Shown here: positions 25,017-38,079 of the stretch, piece after piece
Layout: every line of letters begins with the position of its first letter
How positions within the stretch are numbered: the stretch's first letter is position 1
Notes under the pieces: generated by a model
Database searches by the model: none
Seen by the model: the letters and a program-made list of their open reading frames with translations, nothing else
Told to the model about the DNA's origin: nothing
Origin: Oikopleura dioica
Taxonomy: Eukaryota; Animalia; Chordata
Direction of reading: 5' to 3'
NCBI GenBank assembly: GCA_907165135.1
Contig: OU015568.1
Location: 496,001-560,000, forward strand
Length of the DNA stretch: 64,000 nt
Program-made: the position numbers and the translations under genes

Positions 25017-25394
25017 TTAAATAAGACTGTAAATACCTTGGAAATAAGCAGTTACGAAATTAACGAACAGCTCAAGCGTACCAAGAAAATAAGTTGAGCC
25101 GGGAGACCAAACGCGACGAGCAGGAAAAGCTGTAAAAACCGAAGGAATCATTGAAGGGGAGCGAAACCAGAGCATCGCGAAAAAATGATAATTTAGAGGG
25201 GGGTCCGAATTCTCAGTAGAATGAGGGCGAAATACATAAGCACCAAAGTAAGGACCTTTAAGAATCGCAGAGAGCTGATCGCGAGTGATGTTATCAATTA
25301 AAACAAATTTAATAAAAGATCGACGATTAGCTGCAAGCAAAAGATTTGCATCGTGAAGTTGAATAAATGATTCGAATAAAAGAGGCGATTCCAT
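25017..25394 (-). CDS. Hypothetical 125-aa protein
   Basis: Uninterrupted ORF between the transposase and PCNA-d, in the same orientation. Confidence 0.55.
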   Translation of the reverse strand: MESPLLFESFIQLHDANLLLAANRRSFIKFVLIDNITRDQLSAILKGPYFGAYVFRPHSTENSDPPLNYHFFAMLWFRSPSMIPSVFTAFPARRVWSPGSTYFLGTLELFVNFVTAYFQGIYSLI

Positions 25395-25529
25395 CGTGCT
25401 TAAAATCTTCGGTTATACGATAAAAATATGGATGAGTAATATGTGCAGTGTACATCATCAAGATATAATATAAGCGACACAATGCTAAATAAAGAAATAA
25501 AAGACAAGTCAGCAGAACAAGAAACAAAA

Positions 25530-28500
25530 CTATTTCTTATTGCGAGCGGATCGTCGAAGGGGGATGATGGCTTCGCCACAAGGCGGATCAGCAGGGGATG
25601 GACACTGAATATTCGAAAAAAAAAATTATAGAAAGAAATACCTCGGGAGAGATGGGGGAGGTACCAGAAGGAGTGTTCGAAGCAACAGCCAACTTCGACC
25701 GTTCAGACGAACGAGAAGACGGGTTAGATCGCGATGATTTAGTAGGCTAAATATATTTATAAAAGATAAAAAAATAAAAATACCTGAGCAGGTGGAACGG
25801 ACGAAGAATCTTTTTTCTTGGCAACGATTTTAGATTTAGTTTTGGAAACTTTGGAGGATTTTTTAGGATTCTTTTTTGGGGGAGCTTTCGATTTGGAACG
25901 CGGCTGTCGAGAAGAAGACCGTCGTTCAGCAGCAATCAGACCCAATTCTAATTCTTCATCGGCGGTGAGCTGCGACACAGGGATACCGGCAGCTTCTTCC
26001 TCGGCACGCGTCTTGTTAAGAGCTGCAACTTCGGCGAGCTGATGACGAAGCAGAAGCTCAGGTTTCATAGGGCGAGTAGACTTGCGAGTAAATACACCCA
26101 TCATAGACGTGACAGATATATTTTTCGCCGCCTCCGACGCAATTTGAGCGCTCCTCATAAACTGATGTTCATCCTCCGTCCGTGACGGCTTCTTAGAAGA
26201 AGTCTTCGTTACCTTTGAAATACAGATACAATGAAAAAGATTGTAAAAACCTTGGGTTGAGAGGAATTGGCGCTAGAGGACAAAGGACGCTCATCAACTG
26301 AAGAAATAACACGTGGGTTCTTCGTAGTTACATGCTGAAATTTATGACATTAAAAATTATTTCCAAATTATTACCGGAGGACGAGGCCGACCATTTTCAT
26401 CCAAGCGAACAGATTTGTACTTGCGTTTAAGAGGGGACAAAACACGATTAATGGACCCGGGGGAGGGCTGCTCAGAATGACCCAAGGATTGAGACGCAGA
26501 AGAAGAGAGGCAGGCCTAAAGAATTAATAAATAAACAAAACAACTCAACTACTTGAGAAAAAGACGTAGAGGGGCGTGATGAATTCGTCGTGTCAGTTTT
26601 TTTCAAAGAAGATCGACCACGAGCGGGAACAGGTAGAGACGAAGGCGAATCATTTTCAGAAGCCGTACGAGAAAGGGCTTCGACCATAAATCGAGCGGGA
26701 CCAACTCGACCATCAGCCGATGCAGAAGGAACCTGTGAGAAAGCAACATCTGGTAAATTAGACATGGACGAAGGGCCAGGAAGAGAAGGAGGGTTGGAAT
26801 CGGGAGCTGCTTGATGTTGAGCGGATGACGCATCTAATATACAGAAAAAAAAATATTAATAATTAATATACCAAGATGGAGATCATCCATTGTGTCACTA
26901 AGTTGTGATAAAGACTGCTGCACTGGATTAGAAGTTGAAACAATGGCAGGAGCGGAAGTTGCCACGGGCATCGATGGAGAAACAGAAACAGGTGTCATGT
27001 TTGAGCCGTGACAGCTCTGACGAATAGGAGACTGCGGAGTAGTAATTGCGGCGCCCTCCGCGAAAACAGCGCCCCCGCTTGAGGGCATCGGCTCATTATT
27101 GGAACGTGGCTCGGGCGTAACAGAGGCGGCCGCAGCAACAGGACAGAGAGGGGGAGAAATATGACAATGGTCAGAATGTAGTCCGGAAGAATCACGGGGA
27201 GAGATACGACCGTGTGAAGTCACAGACTCAGCAACACGCTGAGGCGGTGGAGGCGAGATATTGCATACAGATGAAGATGGAATAATACTGGCGCCAATAT
27301 TACCGGAAGCGTTAGTGGCAAGATCAATCTCAGAAACCGAGTGCCGAAACTGGGAGTCCAAATTGTTGGACGCGGTTGGAATTGGAATCTGCTGAAGATT
27401 CCAACCATCAGCATCATCGCGGTAATGATCTTCGGTGAGAAGCGCATCGGCGTCAGTTTCTTCAGCCACGGGAGCGACAAAAGTAGCATTCGAGTCAGTC
27501 GGAATACGAATATCCTCATCTGGCAACGCCCCGTCAACCGCGTTATCCTCCATCTCATCATCAGAATAAATAGGATCATCGTTAGAAACAGCTGCAACAA
27601 GACCAGCGTCGAGACCGTGACTGTCAGCCATCAACTGAGCGAGTCGTTCACGACGAAGACGGCGCGCGGCGATAGCGGCGAACCGTTTGCATTCTCGCAT
27701 CTATAAATTAATGGGAAAGTAAGTAAAACAAAATACCTTGTACGTATTCAGCATAAATTCCATAATATCGAGAAAATGCTCGGTCGGAAGCGGCTCGTGT
27801 TCAGGAACGATAGGGATTTTGTCACAGAGATCAATAACCTGCCGCATGTGAAGAACGTTCGCTTCGTGATGTTCAGGATCGCACCAAGGCTCAACGAACT
27901 TGCCTTCCATATATTCACGGCCATTATCATTCATGAAGTTGTTATAAATCTCCACATCTTTCCGGAAAGAGAGTTGCCGCTACGAAATAATGAAAGAAGA
28001 AAAATATAAAATTACCCGTCCATGGCGCTTGACGTACGTCCAATTTAAGGCAGAGTGAATAGACTCTGCCGGATTGGTATGAAGGGACAATGGTATTCCA
28101 CTGCATTTTTGGAGCTGAATCAGTGGCCACAAGTGCCAACGCTTACCCCACTTATGCCTAAGCACCCGCATCGCGAAGTTCTTGATAAATCTCGCCAGTC
28201 TACGTCCAAATAGAGGAGTACGAGCGACAACCGAGTAGAAGTAGAGGAGAAGTCCATTAGTGAGATCTTCACGCATTAATTGCTAAAAAAATTAAAAAGA
28301 AAACAAAGGGAAAACTTACGGCATTCTTAAGCACCCAGCAGACGAGACGAATAGGAGCAGCGGCCTTATTTCCAAACATATTCTTAAGATTCCGGAAGAG
28401 GTTCCGTTCGCAGTGGATCGAACAAAGGAAGGTAGAGACTTGAACATTCTTCGATGAGAGAGCGGACTCGAAGCTAAATATAAATAAGAAGAAATAAACG

Positions 28501-30983
28501 AAAATTATATACCCGGAATAGAGCGCTCCCTCTGCATCACATTGCAAGAGACAGTGGGTGCAGAGAAGCCGCATCTCAGGTTTGATGAGATCCCAAAAGA
28601 CGGAAAATGCATGCTCATAATCCAAAGAATTCTTGGTGAGCATATAGATACCGCCAATATGCAAAAGCTTCTCGCCATGAATATCATCAACGCATGACAT
28701 CAGGATCGTGACGCATTGATAGAAGCTTCCGGCTACGAAGAAAGTACCATCTAACATGATACGATGGAACGTTCTCTTCGGCAATCGCTCGATAAGGGCC
28801 CAATCCAAAACTAAAAACAAAATTCGCTCCGCTCATATTATATTCGATAGCAAAACTTACGGATAAGGCATCTATTGTCCTGGTGAGCGGCAAACCGCTT
28901 ACCGGAAAGATTCATTCCAGCCTGATAAGGCAAGTTACAAAGCCGGCGAGAGAGAAGGGGGCATCGTTCATCCTGTTCGTCATCGGCATCTTCCAACATC
29001 TTTTTGAAGCGGAATTTTTTTTGGGCGAGCTGGGTAGCATAGAATGCCTTCGCTCTCTGACGTTTGTATCCTGGATATTCGCGCTGAACTTTTTCAAACA
29101 ACGTTTTCACGACGACAGACGTAGTGTTAGCTCCATTACGTTGAACTTCAGCCTAAACGACAATTAACAACTACAAACAATATAAAAAATTACATCGATC
29201 AGGGTACGATAGGTAAGCTCAGCAGCCTCTTGCGGTGAAAGACCTCCACATGTGTGTAATGAACTCTTACGACTAGAAGCACCAAAATCCGGTGACACGG
29301 ACGATGGATGAAAAAAGACATGGCGAAAAAAGTCCGAGCTAAACACTGGATTCACATCGTAAGATCCAGGACTCGTTTCAACCAAGAGACCCGGAAGCCC
29401 GTAGAAAGTCTCACGGCCGGCATTACAATTTTTACATCTGAAGTAAAACACGGAAAGCCGACCACAGCGCCTTAAAGAAAAAAAAATAATTAAAGAATAT
29501 AAAAACACATTTACGTTAAGTAGCAATTTCCCTTTCTCATATCGAAAAGCACCAACTGTTGACCCGGATTGTTTCCATTTGGTACGTTTTGAACGGCGAC
29601 GGATCCGGCAGGAGTAGATGAATCGTCAGGAGCGCCAGAAGAGGTTGAATCAGATGAAACATCGTTTTGGCTAAGAGATGACCCAGATGGTGTCACGCCA
29701 TAGCATAGAATTGCCGAAGGATTTCCTGCCGAAGTCACGTACGAATGGCGAACAGAGCGTGTGTCGGAGGGAGCAATCACAACAGAATTGGTAACATGAG
29801 AAAATTCATCACGAACATGCTCAATGTGGGCGGCAGGATCATCAAATGCATCAGCGTTGAAGGAACAGGGAATATGATCAGGATTATCGCGGAAAAAAGT
29901 CAAGCCACGATGATCACCATGATCGACAGGAGTGACACCATCTTCAGTGGGATTTGCCGGGTCAGCCGCACCGCCGATGATGGACGCAACAGCAGGATTC
30001 TGCAATGCACCTTGCCGGTATTGGGCATACCGTTCCTCGAGGGAAGCCTGCAGTCGGTCAAGACCGCGAGTAAAATTTTCCCCGCGAGGCGCCTCGAAAA
30101 ATCGCTGAAGATCAGCGTCAGAGATGTCGGGATATTGGTGCGACGGAAGTGAACTCGTGGTGGAAGGTTGATTATCGGGCGCGGCGGGGGGTAAGTGGTG
30201 ATGCGCTTTACGACCCCTGTGAGCATAGACCTCGGGATCAGGCTGAATAATAGCGGGAACGGAGCTCATCTTCTTCCGACGTCGATAACCGGGTTGACGA
30301 GAAGGCGCCGTCGTTGAACGAGAGGGTCGGTCATCATCATCAGAATCAAAGGTAACGCGAATTTGTCGATTGCGAGGATTTGCACGAGAAACACAGGCTT
30401 GGGGGCGACGGGAATCATTTTCACGCAATACACGATCAACAAGGACATCGGCTCTGTTGAGTTGGTTATCAATGGGGCGCGAAGAGTTGCATTTAGTATT
30501 GCGGTTCGGCCGATTCGTTCGACAAGAAGACTAAATATAAAATGAAAGAAATAAAAAATAATAATACCGTAAGAGACGTTGGTCGACGAGGGGGGGAAGG
30601 TGAAGCTGAGGAATCGGATAGACGAAATGATCCCCTGGATTTCGACAAGTTCTTAGTATTTGACGCAGGACCCGCCATTGACTTAGACTTCGCGATCGAG
30701 GCCTGTCGACCCCTGAGGGAAGATGTCAGAGAAGATTGAGGTTGATTATCAGGAGGCTGAGCAGACGACATAGAAGTGCAATTATCCGTAGGATCAGAAT
30801 TATTGCCTTTTAATCGGCGAGCCTCAGGGTGGATCGATTGATCATCAATCTAATTAAATTAAAAATGGATATGAACACTTATTAAACCTCGGCTTGAGCT
30901 TGAAGATCAGCAAAGCGCTCATCATCACTGGAGAAACAATTGGCAGCAGCAGATGGATTTTTTGCGGACGACCCATGACTCAT
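25530..30983 (-). CDS. Large multi-exon Mutator/MULE DDE transposase
   Basis: C2HC finger (FRCKNC...HTC, about 29.2-29.45 kb); MLDGTF (D at 28749-51); CDAEGAL (D at 28536-38); FLCSIHC (CxxH); TNPAESIHSAL (E at 28064-66). Long Ser/Pro-rich N- and C-terminal extensions. Confidence 0.88.
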
Positions 30984-31093
30984 TTATCCCTCTAAATGTA
31001 AATGGAAATCAAGGAGGAGAGTACATGTAAAAAACAACATGGATGTAGGAACAAAAGGAGGATTGGTACTGGTAAGAAGAGGGAAAATAGAAA

Positions 31094-32787
31094 TTATATA
31101 AGACGGCGGGACAAGGCGCCAGAACCGTGGCGAAGGAGAGCAGCATATGAGAGGCTGTCACGCAGAGGAGCAAAATCGGTAAAAGTTTCACGAACCCTCG
31201 TAATCATTTCGTCGATATAGCGCTCAATTTGAAAGGTGGTCGGACGGATGGCTTTGTAATCGCGCTAAATATTAACACAGAGCGTTAATAAAAGAACCTA
31301 CCAATAAATGGCGAAAAAAATAATCAGCGGCATAGGCAGAGTTTAAGCCAGCACAAGTATGAACAACTTGACGATGAAGAGTGGGATGGTGCTCGGAAGG
31401 AAATGATGTTCGAGCAAAGAACTCACGAACACATGACGGACGTAAACGAATAGACGATCCAGGAGTATATGGGTGGACGAGGATGTCAGTAGATCCAACG
31501 AAAAACTCACTAGCATGACAGCAGGGCTCACGGCAAACAAAACGAAACACACATTGACCAGGATCATCGCTAAATTGGACAAAATTGATTTGTTATCGAG
31601 GAGAATTACCTATGGCGGAAGAGTGTAGCGCTAAATCGATAAAGAAAAACCGATCGGGAGAAAAATCAGAAGACGCATCTTCAGGAACATATGATAATAA
31701 AACGGCAGGAAGTCCAGAGCCAACCACATGCGGGAAGACAATTTCTTTCCTCGCACAAGATGGAATAAAAATTGGGTCAATCACATTAGCCATCGAATCT
31801 AAAAAAGTGAAACACAAAATTTAATTTTTAATGAAAGTGACTATAAATCGGTGCTACGAATTTGCCTGGCAGGAAAAATAGTCAAAATAATTTAGATCAT
31901 GTGAAACAGTAGCGCTACGAGATAAAAAATAGGATTAATCAGAAGGGGGCGAAATTATTATATGAAAACAAGGAAGAGTACGAAAGGATAAGCTTAATTG
32001 AGAAATAAAAAAAAAAGGAAATAAAAAAATTAACCATATTAACATACAAAAACAAGGGACAAAAAGACGAGAAACAACGGTAAATGTCAACGAAGTCTCG
32101 AAAGAACTAAATCAATGTAATGATCATTGTGACGTACAGGAGCGTAAGACGGATATTCGACGCGAACCTGCTCAATAGTCGTGTGAATATACTCCCGAAT
32201 AAGATGGATTCGCCGGCGAGAGAAAGGAGCGGACTAAAAAAACTAAAAAATATATATAAAAAAGAAAGTACCCGAAGTTTATGCTGGAGCGATAATTCGC
32301 CAGCGAAATTCTCTCCAAGGGGCCAACAAGAATGTGAAGACTGGTGATATTGGTGGGCATCATTAGGATTAAAGAGCGACACGAGTGAAAAGAAATCGCT
32401 CGAAGCCGATTCTTCAAGAAACATCCGGTCATCATTAGAACCAGACAACATAGATGAGGGGCCAGAGAAAAACTCCTCGCCAGTGCAGTGCCTACGGGCG
32501 CATGTGAATCGAAAGACAGCGCGACCATCCCTAATAAATATATTATGAAAAATAGTAAAATAAATTTACCTAATAGAAGAGGAGCGCAGTCTAAGCGGAA
32601 AAAGAAGATCGGACGATTCATTCGTATGGATAGGATCCGACGTAAACGAAGGAACGGCGTAAGACATGACGACTCCAGGACGCCGAAAATGGGGGAAACC
32701 CGTCCGAACATAACGATCAGCAGAAAACGGGATGAAGTGGACTGGCGGAGTTAATTCTTCACTAGAAATAACGGAATCAGACGACAT
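31094..32787 (-). CDS. Transposase-related DNA-binding protein with two WRKY/GCM-like C2HC fingers and no catalytic domain
   Basis: FRFTCARRHC..EEFFSG...HSC and FRFVCREPCC..SEFFVG...HTC match the finger of the downstream transposase. Stop at about 31094 precedes a new ATG at 30983. Confidence 0.65.
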
Positions 32788-33368
32788 CTAAAAGCAAAAA
32801 TTGGGACTCGAATTTAGCTGAAAACAAATTTAATTTAAACAGAAAAATTTCAAGGGAAGAATAATAAGGGGATATAGTTAAAACAAAATACACATTGGAT
32901 CATAATTATCAATTGTAAGGGAGTACTGTCGACAAGTTAATGGAAGATTCAAAATAATAAATGAATAGGTAATGCGATTAGAAATATATTTTCTAGACTT
33001 GGGATCGACGCAGGGAGAAAGCGATAGAGCGTGGATAATGATAAATTATGAAATAGTATCTCGAAGTAAAGAATTCTCTTGAAAGTAATTGTAAAAAATC
33101 AAAATGACAAATGAGTCCAGGGAAAGCCAGGTACAAATCAGGTGGTACTCGGGCCAATTAGAAATTAAAGATCGGAAGATAGATAAGGCTGACGCTCGGA
33201 CAAATTTTGTTGAGCGGCAAGTCGCGGGCACCGCCCGCTCAGACACAAGTCGGAGAGACAACCACGCTCAGCCGATCAGCAAAAGCGACGAAACACTCCA
33301 AAGTCTTATCAGGAAATGAGATTATATACAAACAAAGAAAAAAAAATAGTTACACCGGTAATAGCAAT

Positions 33369-34030
33369 ATGACCACCGCAAATCTCGAAAAGCCTCTCGA
33401 AATGAACTTGAACTACCAAAACAACAGATTGGAAGCAGAACGTCGAGACTTGGAAAGTCACGGCAACATGGTAGCTGCAATGGTAATTATGAATATATTG
33501 GCAAAAATACAGATATATTAAGTTCACAATACTGATAGACAGAAATGACCCGTACAAATGGAACATCCGGTTCCTTGGACCACTGGGCACACCATACCAG
33601 GTAAGAAAAAGACGAACTACTAAAATATGAAAAGGGAGGAATCTTCATTCTGCAAATACAAATGACGGAAGATTATCCACAAGGAGATTTCACTGCAAAA
33701 TTTCTCACGCCGATTTACCATCCATTGGTCAGTCCAGAAACAGGAGAACTACTCATTCCTGATGTTCCAAATAGGGTACTAAGTACGCCTGGATCGACAA
33801 GAAAATGGACCTGGACAAGGCCACTCGGGACAATCAGTGAGCTATGCATGGATTTCGCAGCTACAATGTATGATCTAAAGCCATACATTCCGCGTGAACC
33901 AACAAATCCGCCAGGTAAAGCGAAGCCGATAACTATATAACCGTGAGAAGCATTAGAATACAAGAACAATACAGAAGAATTCAATCGAAAGGCGAAAACA
34001 TGGACGATGCGACATGCAATGAGCCAGTAA
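33369..34030 (+). CDS. Ubiquitin-conjugating enzyme variant (UBE2D-like fold lacking the catalytic Cys)
   Basis: RLEAERRDL; DPYKWNIRFLGPLGTPYQ|GGIFILQIQMTEDYP..FLTPIYHPLVSPETGELLI; EEFNRKAKTWTMRHA. HPN is HPL and the C of ICL is replaced by L. Confidence 0.85.
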
Positions 34031-34599
34031 ACAGAATTCACTGATTAAAACAAAATAAAATCAATAAAAATGATGGAAGCTTCTGATAAAACACAAAAAA
34101 CCGCCATAAGGGCCAAAATGGAGTCATATATGAGTAAGGCTAATCACGAGGGAGAATAGAGTGGGTGCGTAGGCAATGCGAAACGCGAAAAGTGGCGCCC
34201 GAGGTACATTTTCGCCCGACCCGCAGAGCAAGTCTCTCAAAACAAGATACAGAGACACGCATAAAATTGAAAGAAAGAGATAGAAAAAAGAGTAAACAGT
34301 AAATAGAAAAGAAGTACCCAAAAGTTACCAAAAAACACAACAGAAGGATTTCATATTTCTAGCAGGTGAGATCATTACAACCGTGAAACTTTAGCCTAAA
34401 ATAGGGACGAACAAATATAACTAATGCCAACAATATGACATATCTCCTAGTTCCGGCGACAACAAAAATACGCAAAACCCCGAACAAAGTAGTAATGAAC
34501 AAGCTATCGTATAGAAGTAGATTATAGAATAACAAAGCAACGCCGTAAAACGACTAGTGTGCCCATCGACAAAAAACGGAGTAAAAATAAAAGAACGTT

Positions 34600-37533
34600 C
34601 ATAATTTTGAAGCTAAACAGTGGCAATAAAATAATTCAGAATCGAAATGAAATCGACGACGATGGAAACTACCATGCTTGTGACCGCGATTGTTGGATTA
34701 CTCGCAACGATGGGAAGTCAGGCATTGGAAAAGGTAAGAGGCAAAAATAAATGAGTACCGAAAATGGACGCTAGCTCAAATACGAAATATAGAGTAGGTT
34801 AAACCCCAAACAATAATCTTTAAAGGCATATATTTTTCGTTAGCAAGTCAAAATAACTACCTTCTCTAGGATATATTACTTCAAGCTCAAGAGAGCTACA
34901 ATCAGAGTTCTAAATCTGGTGAGCAAATCAAGCTGAGCTAGCTAGGCTGACAGCTACAGCTTAACAAGCGTAGCAATATTCGGAAACAGTCAGCTCACAG
35001 CTTAGCTAGCTTCGTAGATTATATCGAGATTTTCAGAATTTAGAACACTGGCTACAATAGACTAGGAAAAAAGCTACTTTAATTCGTAAACATGAGGAAA
35101 AAATAAAGAACAAATACTAATACTTTACTCAGACTCCGAGGAATTGGGCAACGTACTCGACCAAACGTTACGAATCTCTGTGCCAAGCAGTGCTATCACC
35201 AGGTAAGAGAACAAACGATATAAAAAGAATAACGAAAATAAGAAAACCTCAACTTCACAGCAACACAGCGAGAGAGAATTCTCGAATTCGAAACGAGACT
35301 AAAAATGAAAATGGGATTCGAATGGACACGGAATGAAATAGCAAAAGTCATAGAGGCAGCGGTTTTGGATATGGAGACTCTAAGGAAGAATGAAATAGAA
35401 CAAGAAAAGGCAAGAAAACCAATATACAAAATAGAGAAATAAGGAACTTTAAGGCGAATGAATTAATTGACGTCTGCAAAGACAAAACCGCATACGAGCG
35501 AGTATTCAAGGAGAATTGCGCGAACCACGAATCAGAAAATGACATTTACAATTTTATCGCGGGAATAACACATGGAAACATCTTGCTAGGTAAGATAATG
35601 AAATATGAATACGCTTACAACAAAATAAGGAGCCGTAATAGGATACAAACACAAGAAAAGATTGTGGACGACCACGACGCTGATGAACGGAGCATTCCTG
35701 GTAGTAACGCTGGCCTTACTAGGAAAGATCCTTAGCGAAGAAGACAACGATGAGACAACAGTCGACTACTCAAAATACAAATACGAAATGACATTGGGAG
35801 AATCGGATATAGAATTATGCTGTGTCGCAGACACAAAAAGGTAAGGCAGAGCGAAACAAAGAATTATCAAAGAGCGGTGAGACGCAGCTACTAAAACAAC
35901 ATATTCAAAAGAGCACGCCAGATCGTAACGATATCCTAGGTACAAGGGGACAAAATTGTGCACGTTCATAATGACGACTGCCACGGCGCAGGCATTCATC
36001 GCACTACTTCGCAACAAACGTGAAAACAAAATAGACGAAAATGAAGAACGAAAATCAGCACAAAACAACGACGCACATCTAGAAGAGACCAACGTATAAA
36101 AGAGAACCGCCGGCATAAAACAACTCCAAGGAGGACATGGACATCTAATATAAAATTACCACCGGAAACGCGAAATTAGGATACAATTAATAGTTATATA
36201 AATCAAATTAAATTGTCATTAATATTTTTATTTACCGTAAATCAACTCAAAACACTGACAATCCTTTCATGATAACGATTATTGAAAACACAAACGATCA
36301 ATTTACCAAATATATTAAAACGTTTACTTGAAACCGCTAACAATATGCTATTCAGATATTCGAACATGAGTTGTCGAAGAGATGCGAAGTTAATGGTGAT
36401 TTCCCTCGCGCTACTGGGATTGTTCGTCTGCGGCATCAAGGAAGTAATGGATGAAGTAAATAGAAAAACCCAATTCACGAAGGAATTAATCTTGTTTAAG
36501 CATCCGCAGAAAACAGCGCCGTTTACTCGCGAAAGGGTTCGAGAAAAATGCAAAAGAGTCAAGGACGGAGGTAAATAAGAAAAAAGGAAAAAAAAAAACT
36601 AACAAAGCAAGATTTCGCAGAACATCTGAACGATCGAAAATTGAATGAGGAAGAACTTGAGAAGGAAATTGCCAGGTTACCAGAGAATGAAACGGAGACA
36701 ACACGAAAGGAGCTAGAAAGCATTTTGGAAGAGATGAAGAAATCAATCAGACAGGTAAAAGAAAGGATAAAAAAAATAACCAAATGATAGGACATCAAAT
36801 GGTGCGAATTTTGCCTACAGGAAGATGCAAACTTCCAAAGAATGTTCCAGCAGAAATGCCGCCCGTACGATCGCCTCGGCAGCTACACAACCATCGAAGC
36901 GATCCTCTCCGTCGCAATACTCCTAGGTAAGCCATGTAAAAAAAACCCCTATAATACTATGTAGCAATAACCCAAAAACGCGGAACAAATGTGGCCTCGA
37001 TAGTATTCTGGGGAGGCATCGCCGCCAGCTTAGCTGCCTTTATCAACACCATATCGAAAGCAGTCACTATAGAAGGTGAAATAAACAGAATTTACACGAT
37101 ATACAACAATTCACTTCCCAACGACGTCGAAATGTATGAAGGCATGCCCATTACCTGCGCCGAAGACATAGTTTTGTAAGGAAATAGTACAATAGCAGGA
37201 AATTAACGACATTGTAGGCTCGGCGCAATGACAATACTGATGATTGGAGTTTGCAACACTGCATGCATAGTCGCTTACACACTAGTCGGAATTGTAAGTA
37301 AGAGTGAAAAGAGAAATGCTAAATTCAATTAGATGGATATGAAAGAATGGAATCAACAACGAAAGAAGCTGAGACGAACAATGATGGATATAGAGCAATA
37401 CGAAATGAGAGAAGAAGGCGGAACAGAAGAGCCTACCAACGAGAACAATAACAGAGACGAATGCGAAACGATCGTGACCATGATGAATGCAAACGCCGGA
37501 AAAGAAAACATCGTCTTCGAAACGACAATATAA
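34600..37533 (+). CDS. Cluster of small hypothetical proteins with hydrophobic (TM/signal) segments and charged tails
   Basis: Examples: GAFLVVTLALLG (35.7 kb), VISLALLGLFVCG (36.4 kb), AILSVAILL (36.9 kb), IVFWGGIAASLAAFI (37.0 kb). Gene models unresolved. Confidence 0.4.
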
Positions 37534-38079
37534 GGTACAAAAAAAGGAAATAATAATAAAACAAATTAGACCAACGCCAAGATGGAACAAACTGTACATA
37601 CGCCACAGAAAACCCACGCCACGGAAAATGAAGACCTCAAACGTACTGAAAAACTTGCCAACCATATTCACTGTATCATTGCCACAGGTTCAAACACCAT
37701 GTCTTCCAGTATAAACATGCAACGAAATAGACGATAAAAACGGGACATTCCCTTAATAACACTATTCCATTATTATGCAACGATCAATAGGATTGAGCCA
37801 CGTTCTGATTAAAATCAATACAAATTAAAATTAAGGAATGTCTTCGGATTCAAGTATTATATAGGATAAAAGATCAATCACACTAAGAAATGAGTGAGTA
37901 CTTGGGTTGACTATAAAAAAATGAATTATAATTATTCAATATCAGGGTTAAGACTCATATAATTATACAAATTAACGTTCAGATCAGTTCAGGGTTTTAT
38001 TCGGTTATCTCCAGAAAAGGAACTTAAAAGAACATTAAACTATTAAATCATCGACTATTTATTCAGCACGGCGCAGGAG

